A stretch of DNA of 33,791 bases from Acidobacteriota bacterium. GTDB taxonomy: Bacteria; Acidobacteriota; Polarisedimenticolia; Polarisedimenticolales; DASRJG01. Position 1 is the first letter of the stretch. Each line of letters starts with the position of its first letter. This document shows positions 33,276 through 33,791 of the stretch, piece by piece. The translations under genes and the position numbers were made by a program. The notes below the pieces were generated by a model. It had not been told where the DNA came from. It saw only the letters and a program-made list of their open reading frames with translations, and searched no databases. Where the stretch lies: NCBI GenBank assembly GCA_043740355.1, contig JAYUCM010000095.1, positions 1-33,791 of the forward strand. The letters are read 5' to 3'.

Positions 33276-33791
33276 GAGCCGCTCCCCGCCGCGACGAACC
33301 GGACGCGATCGCCGGGGGCGAGGATCGCGCCGGCAGCGTGCGCGGGATCGAAGAGGACGAAGTCGGTGCGACCGATGATGTTCCAGCCTCCCGGGGAATC
33401 GCAGGGATAGATCCCGGCCTGCGCGCCGGCGATCGCGACGCTGCCGGCGGGGACGTGCCGCCGCGGCGCTTCGCGGCGCGGCGTGTGCAGCCGCTCCGGC
33501 AGCCCGGCGAGATAGGGGAACCCCGGAGAAAAACCGATGAATCGAACGTCGTACGCCGCCCCCGCGTGCGCGGCGGCGACCTCGTCCTCGCCAAGTCCTT
33601 TGGCCCTTGCGACCTCGTGGAGATCCGGGCCGCATGCGCCGCCGTAGCGAACGGGAATCGTGAACGTTCGGGGCTTCGCTTCCGGCCGCCCGGAGAGGCT
33701 TGCGGCCCGGCGGGCGATTTCGTTCGCGAGCGCCTCGGGGTCGCAGCGCAACGGATCGTAGCGGATCAGGAGCGTCGCGTACGCCGGGCTG
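33272..33791 (-). CDS. pxpB: 5-oxoprolinase subunit B (KipI / allophanate hydrolase subunit 1 family); 5' end outside the window
   Basis: The frame is open to the window edge (SPAYATLLIRYDP...). Motifs: IPVRYGG..GPDL, FIGFSPGFPYLAGL, AIAGAQAGIYPCDSPGGWNIIG. Confidence 0.85.
   Translation of the reverse strand, partial: SPAYATLLIRYDPLRCDPEALANEIARRAASLSGRPEAKPRTFTIPVRYGGACGPDLHEVARAKGLGEDEVAAAHAGAAYDVRFIGFSPGFPYLAGLPERLHTPRREAPRRHVPAGSVAIAGAQAGIYPCDSPGGWNIIGRTDFVLFDPAHAAGAILAPGDRVRFVAAGSGS

Overview
Gene-dense, high-G+C chromosomal segment (by eye about two-thirds G+C or more). Many gene pairs share 4-nt start/stop overlaps. The host is probably a diderm bacterium, given an Lnt homologue and many signal-peptide proteins. 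Core blocks: a partial Uma2-fusion gene; a SpoIIE/PP2C phosphatase plus inositol-monophosphatase-family pair; a 14-blade Kelch protein; an Rrf2-sufB-sufC-sufD-sufS-sufU-DUF59 operon (12.3-18.3 kb, minus strand); a 1,092-aa orphan secreted protein; YjdF; SlyD; arginine deiminase; an ABC-2 exporter; an M13 peptidase; ArfB; an Lnt-like protein; and pxpB-pxpC-pxpA. The accessory part lies at 2.7-8.6 kb. It is a mosaic bracketed by 303-bp direct repeats, which are a duplicated 5' end of the phosphatase gene. It contains a mazEF-type TA with a textbook promoter/operator, an IS5-family transposase remnant and a transglutaminase-like/TPR gene, with an IS3 orfA remnant abutting the right repeat. It also holds an apparently intact 3.2-kb IS1-family transposon (3654-6859) with perfect 16-bp terminal inverted repeats, an 8-bp target-site duplication and visibly lower G+C. 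That transposon carries five passenger genes: a winged-HTH protein and a RelE-like small ORF behind a ~170-nt highly structured leader; a convergent, stop-codon-overlapping orphan Panacea/DUF4065 gene with its own near-consensus promoter; a small basic KGG-like protein; and a 2-TM peptide. I consider this cargo module the best candidate for an undescribed system (an unconventional TA or defence module riding an IS). Other points worth a second look are an Lnt-like protein lacking two of three catalytic residues, the Uma2-nucleotidyltransferase-like fusion, and the orphan giant secreted proteins. No rRNA, tRNA or CRISPR array was seen.
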